Virus record (IMG/VR): IMGVR_UViG_3300006129_000018
Location: 1 to 35,432 of that record
Strand: one strand, 5' to 3'
Source: a virus
Lineage: Duplodnaviria; Caudoviricetes
DNA: 35,432 bases
The translations under genes were made by a program, and so were the position numbers. Below are positions 17,710-26,148 of the stretch, in pieces. The notes under the pieces were generated by a model. That model saw only the letters and a list, made by a program, of their open reading frames with translations, did no database searches and was not told the origin of the DNA. Position 1 is the stretch's first letter. Each line of letters begins with the position of its first letter.

Positions 17710-18496
17710 AAGCTAATTCCTTTATAATATTTACATACGAAGTTAATGTTGTGCCCTCTAAACCGGGTGCTGTATTTACTTCTAAGGCATAACATTTGTT
17801 TTGTTTTTCATTCCAAATAACATCTACAGCACCGAAATCTAAACCTAAAGCGGAAATAGCAGATAATGCAACATCCCTAAGATCATCAGGCTCAGTAATA
17901 TTATCCCTACAGTACACAAAACCGCCCAGACGATTACGAATACGGAAGTCAACAGAAGGTACATTATTAGACTTACGTTTTTCTTGAATATCAATGATTC
18001 TATTATTGAATACATGGACTCTAAATTCTTTTTTCTTTTTTATGTATTTAGTATATAGAGGAGCAGGCACAACATCAGTGACATTATCTGCAAATACGAT
18101 TCCATCGCCACTGTGAGCATCAAGTCTTGTTCTACATACCACAGTTGTTCCAGACTGTGCCCAATCTCTAGCAATTGTTTGGTCGGTTGTCCATTCAGGA
18201 GAAGAGACACCAGCATTAGTAAAGGCCCTAAAAGTATACAATTTATTGCTAGCCAAGCGAACACAATTGGGTAGATTGTATACTTTGCAATTTGCAGCAT
18301 TAATATTTTCATCTGATGATCCCCAGTTAATAATAACTCTAGTTGGTTTTACTGCATGAGAACGATTTTGTTTAATGTATAGCACATTCTTGTTGATTGC
18401 TGAAGTTAGGCCAATCCGTAAAGACTTTGCAGACCGACTCCCCCTCTTGTACGTCATTATTGCTATCTTTGAGCTTGGTTGGCGTTGTAGCCGCAT
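17702..18496 (-). CDS. ATP-grasp peptide ligase (RimK / glutathione synthetase-like)
   Basis: INWGS, ASNKL, HSGDGIV, LYTKYIKKKKEFRVHV, LGLDFGAVDVIW, ALEVNTAPGL; GGAGG RBS before 18496. Confidence 0.88.
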   Translation of the reverse strand: MRLQRQPSSKIAIMTYKRGSRSAKSLRIGLTSAINKNVLYIKQNRSHAVKPTRVIINWGSSDENINAANCKVYNLPNCVRLASNKLYTFRAFTNAGVSSPEWTTDQTIARDWAQSGTTVVCRTRLDAHSGDGIVFADNVTDVVPAPLYTKYIKKKKEFRVHVFNNRIIDIQEKRKSNNVPSVDFRIRNRLGGFVYCRDNITEPDDLRDVALSAISALGLDFGAVDVIWNEKQNKCYALEVNTAPGLEGTTLTSYVNIIKELAYG

Positions 18497-19736
18497 CTAA
18501 TGCCTCCATTACACAGTCAGGACAAACTACTCTAAATTTATTTGACAGATTTTTGATTTTAACACTAGTTAAATCTGCTTGATGTTGATGTATATCATTA
18601 CCACATTTATCACATTTATTATTTTTGCATATATGTTCCCACAAAAGTTTAGGTAATTTAGTTTTATTGTATACAGTAATTGTTTCTGCTGGTTCTACAT
18701 TTTTAATATAATAAGATAAACCACAAGTAGTGTTGATACTGCCAGTCACAGTACCTTCACAAATTTTATTAAAAGCTAAATTATTAATGTCATCTGATTT
18801 TAAATCATTGCTAAATGTACCAGAAAAGTCAGTATTTATAGTTGGATGTATTATTTTACCATTACATTTATTAATATTATTTAAACCTAATGAAATACTG
18901 CTAATGTTTAATAGTACTTTTGTATTATGAGCTAATCGTTTTTCATTATAATTATTTTTAATGTCCGTAGTAATCATACCAATCTTTGTAGGAGGCATCT
19001 GAGTATAAGTCTTCTGATAGCCCCCTAAATACTTTGGGTGGTATAAATCAAAGTCCTCGCTTTCTGCATTACCGTGCATGTCATATGAAATCAATTTACC
19101 GACAGGATATGCGTAAGCTTTTGCTGGTGTGGCAGTAGTTGCTGATCTATTTAGCAGATATTCTAACATACCAGGTTCTGAACCAAAGTAAGTATGAGTA
19201 TTTGTTTCTACATAATGTAGAGGACGTTCTCTGTTTCTAGCAATAAACAATTTACCTTGTTCACGATCATACCAAACAAATGCAAAGGCACCATCAATTT
19301 CAGACAAGACTTCTTTAGCAGGACGTTCATTAAGTGCATGAGTGATTGCATGACTGTCTACTTCAACTTCTTTGTTAAATGTTTTATGATTGTTTAGAGT
19401 ACCATTATGTACTAATACAATCTTACCTTCATTGAATGGGTGTGCATTTTCTGTAGTAACAGCACCACGTGTTGCTGATCTGTTATGACCAACTAAGATA
19501 CGCATACTAGAGATTGCTTTTGATTTAAATGTATCCCATTCTTCTGTTCTAAACATTAAATGAGGTTCAGCAGCAACTTTGATAGTTTTTGCTTGTTTGT
19601 TTGTAAATATACCAAACGCCCCAGTACTATCCTCACCACGCAAACTGTCAAGAACTAACATGTTTTGGAACATAGTAATGTCACTATAATACAGTCCTTG
19701 TTTGTTTTTTGAGATTATACCTACAATTCCGCACAT
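18372..19736 (-). CDS. Class II (Ntn) glutamine amidotransferase with C-terminal Zn-ribbon extension
   Basis: MCGIVG (N-terminal Cys), RGEDSTG, GHNRSATRG, NAHPF, HNGTL, VDS, GAFAFV, RNRERPL; CxxC...CPDC near the C-terminus. Confidence 0.9.
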   Translation of the reverse strand: MCGIVGIISKNKQGLYYSDITMFQNMLVLDSLRGEDSTGAFGIFTNKQAKTIKVAAEPHLMFRTEEWDTFKSKAISSMRILVGHNRSATRGAVTTENAHPFNEGKIVLVHNGTLNNHKTFNKEVEVDSHAITHALNERPAKEVLSEIDGAFAFVWYDREQGKLFIARNRERPLHYVETNTHTYFGSEPGMLEYLLNRSATTATPAKAYAYPVGKLISYDMHGNAESEDFDLYHPKYLGGYQKTYTQMPPTKIGMITTDIKNNYNEKRLAHNTKVLLNISSISLGLNNINKCNGKIIHPTINTDFSGTFSNDLKSDDINNLAFNKICEGTVTGSINTTCGLSYYIKNVEPAETITVYNKTKLPKLLWEHICKNNKCDKCGNDIHQHQADLTSVKIKNLSNKFRVVCPDCVMEALDAATTPTKLKDSNNDVQEGESVCKVFTDWPNFSNQQECAIH

Positions 19737-20584
19737 TATATGATTCCTTTTAAAGATTGATTTGTTATAAACAGTTTACTGATTGATAAATCTTGACGCA
19801 TTGCTTTGTCCCACATAGTATTGTTACACAACGTTGGAAATAAAGAACCAAAAACAGAAGTACCTAGTGTGAAGTATGTCTCTTCATCTCTAGTTGTTTT
19901 GATCATTGATTCTAGCTGTTCTGTATTAATATTAATTGCATAGTTATAAAGACTATAAATTAATTCTAACCAAGTACAGATTGTATTAACATTTTTTGTA
20001 CCACGTAAATGCCTGAATTCTATAGTACCAAGAGATCCTAATGGTGCAAGATTTAATCCAGTATATTTACTCCAATTCATTAAATTTTTACTTTGTATAA
20101 TTGATTTAAAGTCAATATAATAACTAGAATTACCTACAGGAACACAAAATATTGACTTTTTACGTTCTGGACCAGCAAAATTGTAGAATAAATCTTCAAA
20201 ACATTGATATAAAATTACAATATTATAAACTTGCATTAAAGTAAGTTCACGACAGTTTAAATGAACGTGAATACTAGTTCTAGGACTAAAATGTATAGTG
20301 TCAGGTAATGTTTTTTCAAGTAAATTAGTTAAAAGTGTTTCTACATGTGCTGGATATGTAGGTTTGCTAATAAACTCTATACCACCATTACGTAAAGAAC
20401 CATCATTTTCAATATTCCAACTACTAGTATAGTCTCTGTCTATGTTGTCTGTATCACAGTTTTCTACTTCAACTTCAATACCAGTGATTGGAACAGAGAA
20501 TCTATCTAATTTGAAATTATTTGCTGTTATTTTTGGTTTTATTACGTTTAATTGATTATAAGGAACCATATCAATTAGTCTCAT
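19736..20584 (-). CDS. Putative amidoligase (Amidoligase_2, glutamine synthetase-like fold)
   Basis: GIEVEVEN, DGSLRNGGIEF, RTSIHVHLN, KYTGLNL, GTIEFRH. Confidence 0.85.
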   Translation of the reverse strand: MRLIDMVPYNQLNVIKPKITANNFKLDRFSVPITGIEVEVENCDTDNIDRDYTSSWNIENDGSLRNGGIEFISKPTYPAHVETLLTNLLEKTLPDTIHFSPRTSIHVHLNCRELTLMQVYNIVILYQCFEDLFYNFAGPERKKSIFCVPVGNSSYYIDFKSIIQSKNLMNWSKYTGLNLAPLGSLGTIEFRHLRGTKNVNTICTWLELIYSLYNYAININTEQLESMIKTTRDEETYFTLGTSVFGSLFPTLCNNTMWDKAMRQDLSISKLFITNQSLKGII

Positions 20585-21179
20585 TTAATATTTCCTTTAA
20601 AAAGTTTTCAGAAACAATCTCACCAGTAATTTTATTTACTGTTCCAACAGGTAAAAATCTATAAAAAATAATACAATAATCTTTTTTTGGTCTATTTACA
20701 ATAGCAATGTTACGACTAAGTGCAACACCATTGTATTTTTCTTTGTTAATTTTGTTTAAAGCATCTTTTAATGTACTATATTTAGTTTCGAATATAGCGT
20801 TTACAGTATTAAAGTTAAAAGGAATAGTAGGTGTTTCTAAATGATTATAATGAACTAATGGATGTAAAATAGAAGTATTGTTGACATTTATACCACGTTT
20901 CCACTGTCTTTCTGGACGTCTTGTATAATAAGCAACGGTTTTGTCAAGTTGAATGTATCCTGTTTGTGGAATTTTAAAGATTATTTTTGCATTTGTATTG
21001 TAATTAAGTAGAATAGTACCTTTAAGATTAGATTGTAACTCTAATTTAGGGAATTTAGAACCATCACGAACAATACGACGCAGTTGAAACAATGCTGGTT
21101 TTTCATTTTTAAATGCAATTTGCACAAAACTGTGTTGATATTTTCTATCAAAATCTTCAAAAATCATGTTTGGATTCAT
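20571..21179 (-). CDS. Hypothetical protein within the amidoligase module
   Basis: 202 aa with GYIQ...YYTRRPERQWKRGI and ALSRNIAI; translationally coupled on both sides. Confidence 0.7.
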   Translation of the reverse strand: MNPNMIFEDFDRKYQHSFVQIAFKNEKPALFQLRRIVRDGSKFPKLELQSNLKGTILLNYNTNAKIIFKIPQTGYIQLDKTVAYYTRRPERQWKRGINVNNTSILHPLVHYNHLETPTIPFNFNTVNAIFETKYSTLKDALNKINKEKYNGVALSRNIAIVNRPKKDYCIIFYRFLPVGTVNKITGEIVSENFLKEILNETN

Positions 21180-21943
21180 AGTAATTTAGCCCATTCCATA
21201 ACTTTACGAGCAACTTTAATGTTTGATGCATTAATAGCACGTTGAATCATTACACCTAGTTCTTCTGGAATTTCTTTACCAGAACGAACAAATTCAACAG
21301 CTTTTTGTGTTTGATTGAATACCCAACGTTTTTTGTCATCATCTTGCAACCAAGCATTTGATGCTGTACGATACTCAACACCGTAAGATTTAGGACGATA
21401 AGCACCAGCTTTACCATACAGTTTACGACGTTCTGAATCATTATCAAATTCTAACATAGGAACACCAACAAAAAGATCCATTGCTTGAATAAGTTTTTCT
21501 TTGTCAAGATCAGGTGCTTCAATATGAATATGACCACCAGCAGATCTTAAGTTTTGATTTTTAGAATTTGGACGAGGATTTGCAGCACTGAAATTCCAAG
21601 CATTGAAGTCAGGATCACATCCAAATGTTTGAGCTTCTCTCGTGCCAAGTTGCTCATTATCGAATTCTGCAGACGGTGTGTACACAACAGACAAATTAAG
21701 TTCAGCAGCACGACGAGCAATCCAAGAAAGATTGTAATTAACAACATTAACAAATTCCTCAATATTATTTGTTGGTGGTGTATTGAATTCTACAGTAACA
21801 TTATCTTCTTGAACAGAACAGTTATTACCAATATCCATTGGTTTATCTTTACTACCACCAATAAGACCAACAGAACTGATGTATTTACCAGTTTTATCCA
21901 TTAAAAATGTTTCAGGATCACTTCCGATTCTAACATTACTCAT
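21176..21943 (-). CDS. COOH-NH2 ligase type 2 (phiEco32-like)
   Basis: IGSDPETFL, QEDNVTVEFN, FGCDPDFNAW, RSAGGHIHI, RRKLYGKAGAYRPKSYGVEYRT. Confidence 0.9.
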   Translation of the reverse strand: MSNVRIGSDPETFLMDKTGKYISSVGLIGGSKDKPMDIGNNCSVQEDNVTVEFNTPPTNNIEEFVNVVNYNLSWIARRAAELNLSVVYTPSAEFDNEQLGTREAQTFGCDPDFNAWNFSAANPRPNSKNQNLRSAGGHIHIEAPDLDKEKLIQAMDLFVGVPMLEFDNDSERRKLYGKAGAYRPKSYGVEYRTASNAWLQDDDKKRWVFNQTQKAVEFVRSGKEIPEELGVMIQRAINASNIKVARKVMEWAKLL

Positions 21944-22434
21944 AATAAGGCCTTTCTGTTAAATTGATATACATCACATTGGTTATCACTGTTACTGTTT
22001 ATAAAACTGTGTATTATTTTTGCATCTGTTAGTTCAATTAAATTGTTGACAAAGTTTGAAAATACATAATTATTATTGATTTCAAGTGTATTTTTTATAA
22101 GTTCACCTGTTTCAAAATCATATTCTTCGTCTCTATGACCACGTTTAATAGCTACAAATTGAATAGTAGGACACCATTCATTATATGTTGCTTTAAAGAA
22201 TTCAGATAATTGTTCTTTATCTGTCGATGCAGGGTTACCAGCCCAGAAACCGTGTAAAATACTGATACCACAACATTCAGGATATTGTACATTACTAAAG
22301 GACATATTACAATTTACTGGTGATGTTGGTTGTATTAGTAGATCATATTTTGATTTTCTTTGAAAATTAAACATTTTATCTTGTCTATCAACTAAATAAC
22401 CAAATTGTCCAAGTTTAATAATATTGCTAGACAT
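21940..22434 (-). CDS. Hypothetical CCG-motif protein (paralog of 23334-23798)
   Basis: YPECCGISILHGF ... FINSNSDNQCDVY. Confidence 0.65.
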   Translation of the reverse strand: MSSNIIKLGQFGYLVDRQDKMFNFQRKSKYDLLIQPTSPVNCNMSFSNVQYPECCGISILHGFWAGNPASTDKEQLSEFFKATYNEWCPTIQFVAIKRGHRDEEYDFETGELIKNTLEINNNYVFSNFVNNLIELTDAKIIHSFINSNSDNQCDVYQFNRKALL

Positions 22435-23053
22435 ATAGTTTATCCTTTATTTGGTTGATTGTAAAATCAATTTCACCAGCAGATGCTTTCCATTCTGGAT
22501 GCCATTGGAATGCTAATGCTTTAATTTTAGGGAAGAAACAAGCTTCTGGTTCTACTTTATGCTTTACGTCATCAATTTCATGACCGACATACACGTTTGA
22601 TTTATGATCATCAGACCAAGCCAATAGATCATGATCCACGTCCCATGGGTACATTTGTTGGTGATGTACAGAAGATACCCTGAAAACATCATCATTAATA
22701 GTTCTTGCATTGTGACTTCCTTGATGTCCTGGCACATGTTGAACAAGTTTACCTCCAGCTAATGCACAAGCTAATTGTGCCCCCCTACAAATACCAATAA
22801 TTAGTTTGTTTTTTTCAATAGCATGTGTCATAGCTTTTACTTCATATTTATCTCTATAAGATAAACTATCATTCACATGACTTGCAACATTTGGAGCATT
22901 ATAGATTGATGGGTGGATATCTGAACCACCTTCAAATAAAATTGCATCATAAATTAATTCTGGGCTCCATTCTACAACATTATCAAATAAATCAGCAATT
23001 TCGGGTGCTAAACCGGTACCTAAAGATACTGTGGCTAAAGTTAGATTAGACAA
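22427..23053 (-). CDS. Class I glutamine amidotransferase / peptidase C26 (gamma-glutamyl hydrolase-like)
   Basis: FEGGSDIHP, RDKYE, GICRGAQL, VSSVHHQ, FQWHPE (Cys-His-Glu triad). Confidence 0.9.
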   Translation of the reverse strand: MSNLTLATVSLGTGLAPEIADLFDNVVEWSPELIYDAILFEGGSDIHPSIYNAPNVASHVNDSLSYRDKYEVKAMTHAIEKNKLIIGICRGAQLACALAGGKLVQHVPGHQGSHNARTINDDVFRVSSVHHQQMYPWDVDHDLLAWSDDHKSNVYVGHEIDDVKHKVEPEACFFPKIKALAFQWHPEWKASAGEIDFTINQIKDKLYV

Positions 23054-23330
23054 TTACAAGTTCTCCTTCATCAGTAAAACGTTTACGAATAATAGTTGGT
23101 TGTCCTGTTTCTACAATATCATCAATAGCCATGACAACATAAGGTTTCATTGGATTTTCACTTGCTAATCTATTACAAGCTTCAATAGCAGATTCACGGC
23201 TTACATAGAAGGTTTTAGGTATATGTTCTCGTTCTAGAGCAAAACCAGTATTTGCTCTATTTCTTCGTAGTAATTCGTCAAGATCATTAGTGAATGTCGG
23301 CATTCTTACAATTAACCAGAATTTACGCAT
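23046..23330 (-). CDS. Hypothetical protein
   Basis: 94-aa ORF in the operon; GAGGA RBS. Confidence 0.65.
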   Translation of the reverse strand: MRKFWLIVRMPTFTNDLDELLRRNRANTGFALEREHIPKTFYVSRESAIEACNRLASENPMKPYVVMAIDDIVETGQPTIIRKRFTDEGELVIV

Positions 23331-23333
23331 AAT

Positions 23334-23798
23334 TTATCCTCTTGGAATAGTCATTTGATAGCCTTTGACAGTGTTTCCACTGTTAGGATTGAAAGAAGCT
23401 TTACCAATTGCTTTCATACCACCCAATGAACACATTTTTTGTATTGTTGGATGATAGTATATTTTTTGACTTTTTTGTTTATAAAACCAAGCTTGTACAA
23501 TACCTCTGTTATTTATGTTTCTGAGTATTGATATAATAATTTTGAATGTTTCTAATAAAACATCATCAGGAACAGGATTAGTTGAATCAAAGAAATTACC
23601 AATTTGACCAACACCACAACAGAATGTTGTAGGACCAAAATCTAGTGTAAAGCCTATTCCTTGTGGATTAATTAATGTTAGTCTATTGCCATGATCAAGT
23701 TTTAGTTTGTATGTGTCATTAAGTTTGTAACCAGTATTAGTTGACATGCTTCTGTATATTACATTGAATTCATTACTGCTTTTTGGGTATGGTTTCAT
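23334..23798 (-). CDS. Hypothetical CCG-motif protein, possible degenerate GNAT fold
   Basis: TTFCCGVGQIGNFF ... LGGMKAIGKASFNPNSGNTVKGYQM. Confidence 0.65.
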   Translation of the reverse strand: MKPYPKSSNEFNVIYRSMSTNTGYKLNDTYKLKLDHGNRLTLINPQGIGFTLDFGPTTFCCGVGQIGNFFDSTNPVPDDVLLETFKIIISILRNINNRGIVQAWFYKQKSQKIYYHPTIQKMCSLGGMKAIGKASFNPNSGNTVKGYQMTIPRG

Positions 23799-23803
23799 GT
23801 TTA

Positions 23804-23983
23804 TTACCTGTTAATGAGTTGTTGGGAAATTTCTGCGTATAAAGCGTTTGGAACTGGAGAACCTTTGATTAACAACAAACGATTGCGTTCACGTTTAAAA
23901 CATGCCCAATCATTCCAACCTTCTTTACCAAAAAATACGTCAAAAAGGTTGTTAGTTCTTGCTTTTATAATAATTTTATTCAT
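23804..23983 (-). CDS. Hypothetical early protein
   Basis: MNKIIIKARTNNLFDVFFGKEGWNDWACF...; GGAG RBS. Confidence 0.65.
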   Translation of the reverse strand: MNKIIIKARTNNLFDVFFGKEGWNDWACFKRERNRLLLIKGSPVPNALYAEISQQLINR

Positions 23984-24215
23984 TGTAATCTTCTCCGTCA
24001 CCTATAAAAATATGTATTTCGTTAAATTTATTTGAATCTTCAAAAGCATGAAATTCTTCTTCTGTAATAGGTATTAAAGTAAAGATAAATGGTGGTCTTT
24101 CAAATCTTTCACGGAATTCTGTGATAAAAAAGAACATATTGCATTCTTTTACAATAAGATTTTGTCTTCTGTCACCCCATCCTTCACTAATATAATAGCA
24201 AGCATCACAAAACAT
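23976..24215 (-). CDS. Hypothetical early protein
   Basis: 79 aa, coupled to the upstream stop. Confidence 0.55.
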   Translation of the reverse strand: MFCDACYYISEGWGDRRQNLIVKECNMFFFITEFRERFERPPFIFTLIPITEEEFHAFEDSNKFNEIHIFIGDGEDYNE

Positions 24216-24664
24216 TAAACTTCTCCTTGCATAATTTGACCAAGTTCCATATCATCAGGAGGATACATTACAACAATAAGATCTGATTCATGATGATACG
24301 ACGTTTTACCATTTAACCAACGTACTTCAATAGGAACAAATGTATGATTTTCTCCAGCAATATAGGTTACAATGTCTTGGACAATACCCCAAGAATGTGG
24401 TTCTATACGTAAATATGGATTTAAATCACGTTTTACAACAATACAACCAGCATCAATACCTAATAATTTGATGTTTTTAACAATTTCACGACGATCTTCA
24501 AGAGTACTGTGAATTTGTCTTAGGTTGTTTATGTTTTGTTGTATTGGATTTATTTCCTCTTCAAATAATAATTCACTGATTGGAGGATCAATTGCAACTT
24601 CATAAAAATCTTCCTCTGGTTCAATATTTGCTTCTAAAGCATCTTTTGTTGTTATGTGGGCCAT
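24215..24664 (-). CDS. Hypothetical early protein
   Basis: 149 aa with an acidic N-terminus; first gene of the long minus-strand operon. Confidence 0.65.
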   Translation of the reverse strand: MAHITTKDALEANIEPEEDFYEVAIDPPISELLFEEEINPIQQNINNLRQIHSTLEDRREIVKNIKLLGIDAGCIVVKRDLNPYLRIEPHSWGIVQDIVTYIAGENHTFVPIEVRWLNGKTSYHHESDLIVVMYPPDDMELGQIMQGEV

Positions 24665-24852
24665 GATTTATTACTCAGTTTTACAACATATTTAAGAAAA
24701 TACCCAAATAAATAAATAATTTGAGCCACGCCCCCCACATATATAGTAGGTTAGCGTCTGGTTTTGTTTTTTTTTGGATATATAAGTTGCGTTTTTTGCA
24801 ACTTTATAGCCATTTTTAATACAGCGAGCTTGCTCGCCTGGATACCACGAAT

Positions 24853-24894
24853 AAAAAAAAAGCGAAATAGGTCATTATAACCTATTCCGCTATT
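24853..24894 (-). terminator. Rho-independent terminator after the 24900-25214 gene
   Basis: Minus strand AGCGGAATAGGT-TATAATG-ACCTATTTCGCT-TTTTTTTT. Confidence 0.75.
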
Positions 24895-24899
24895 AAAAC

Positions 24900-25214
24900 T
24901 TAGTAAATTGCTGGTTCGAATTGATTAGCATCTGCAACAGGAGCGGTTGGAGATGGAGTAGTATCAATTGGAGGTTGTTGACGTTGTGCTTTCATTGCAA
25001 CTTCTTTGTATCTAGCACGAATATCATCAAGTTCTTCAGATAATTTGATTAAATCATGCATCAAAGGTGATTTGTATTTAATAGCAGAACCAACAACGTC
25101 TGACATTAACTGAGTTACTAGGAATAACTTAAGACCGGCATTTGCTGGTTTCATTACTGCATTGTATGCTTCAAAATTGAAATCGTTACGAATCATTGTA
25201 TTGTTAGTTGCCAT
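24900..25214 (-). CDS. Hypothetical early protein
   Basis: Likely start ATG 25214 (MATNNTM...); helical core and a Pro-rich tail. Confidence 0.65.
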   Translation of the reverse strand: MATNNTMIRNDFNFEAYNAVMKPANAGLKLFLVTQLMSDVVGSAIKYKSPLMHDLIKLSEELDDIRARYKEVAMKAQRQQPPIDTTPSPTAPVADANQFEPAIY

Positions 25215-25247
25215 GATATATATCTTTCTATAAAAAGTTAAAAAATT

Positions 25248-25290
25248 AAAAGGAAACACGCCCCGCACCAAGCGGTCGGGCGTGCTTTCC
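25248..25290 (-). terminator. GC-rich hairpin, probable terminator/attenuator between early genes
   Basis: CACGCCC(25257-63)/GGGCGTG(25278-84) with inner CCGC/GCGG, followed on the minus strand by TTTCCTTTTAATTTTTT. Confidence 0.6.
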
Positions 25291-25297
25291 GAGGAGT

Positions 25298-25738
25298 TTA
25301 CTGTTGATTAAGATGATGGAATGTTTCAACGTAGTCATAAGCTAGTTCAACTTCTTCATCAGCAGTTTCAGATGGATCTTCAAGTAGCATCCATTGATCT
25401 TCTTCATCAAGTTGATCTTCAACATCTTCAACGTAAGGCATGTTGCTGGATTTGTCAACAGATAGAACGATGTCATCATCAGCATGTAACATTTGGATTA
25501 ATTCGTTCCATTGATCAGGTTCAAGTAATGTGTAACGTTGACCATTGATTCTAGCTTGAACTAAAGAAGCCATTATTTGGTCGTATTTACCACGAACATA
25601 TTCAGTTGTTTCAACACCATGAACTGCGTGTTGTGTGATTCTCCAGCCATTTTCAAATGCTAGATCAGATAGGGATTCTGTTGAATCAATAGCATATTGT
25701 GATTTAAGTTGTTGATTTGTGACGATATTGTATAACAT
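25298..25738 (-). CDS. Acidic early protein
   Basis: ATG 25738 (MLYNIVTN) after AAGGAG; Asp/Glu-rich C-terminal third. Confidence 0.7.
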   Translation of the reverse strand: MLYNIVTNQQLKSQYAIDSTESLSDLAFENGWRITQHAVHGVETTEYVRGKYDQIMASLVQARINGQRYTLLEPDQWNELIQMLHADDDIVLSVDKSSNMPYVEDVEDQLDEEDQWMLLEDPSETADEEVELAYDYVETFHHLNQQ

Positions 25739-25754
25739 GATATAGCTCCTTGGA

Positions 25755-25844
25755 TTAAGAATTAGAGAAAATAACAAAGAAAGAATAATAACCAACTGCA
25801 ATTGCAAATATTGTTGCCAATATGTAATCAATAAACGTATTCAT
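25755..25844 (-). CDS. 29-aa single-TM peptide, first early gene, not in ORF track
   Basis: GAAAGG RBS followed by MNTFIDYILATIFAIAVGYYSFFVIFSNS*. Confidence 0.55.
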   Translation of the reverse strand: MNTFIDYILATIFAIAVGYYSFFVIFSNS

Positions 25845-26073
25845 ATATTGCCTTTCGTATTAAATGTAAAAAGAATGTGTGCTACATACTACGGTTTTCA
25901 GATTAATCGACGGCAACGAGGACGTCAAGGACAAGCGAAGCGAAGAAGGAACTAGCAGGACATAGATGACTTGTCATCGCATTGTCTGCTTGTGACTGAT
26001 CCTTGAACCGCAAGTTGACTAGATTATGATAGAAAATCCGTGTGTAGCCCATAGTATTAGAAGGAATATATGA
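25841..26073 (+). repeat. Long imperfect nested inverted repeat (~230 nt stem-loop)
   Basis: Paired segments TCATATATT/AATATATGA, GCTACATAC/GTGTGTAGC, ACGGTTTTC/GAAAATCCGT, CAAC/GTTG, TCAAGGA/TCCTTGA, ACAAGC/GCTTGT. Confidence 0.75.
25900..25928 (-). promoter_or_regulatory. Putative early sigma70 promoter inside the long stem-loop
   Basis: TTGACG-17-TAATCT on the minus strand, ~55 nt upstream of the first early ATG. Confidence 0.5.
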
Positions 26074-26135
26074 GCCAAGCGATCTGAATAAACTGTATCG
26101 ATTTACATACTAAAGTATATATCAGGTGGATGATG

Positions 26136-26148
26136 TAAGTTATTGATT
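26136..26148 (-). promoter_or_regulatory. IHF-binding consensus site
   Basis: AATCAATAACTTA matches WATCAANNNNTTR. Confidence 0.45.

Noticed and set aside
18372-19736. PurF or GlmS assignment for the class II GATase
   Set aside because: The C-terminal half lacks PRTase or SIS motifs; only the glutaminase domain is supported.
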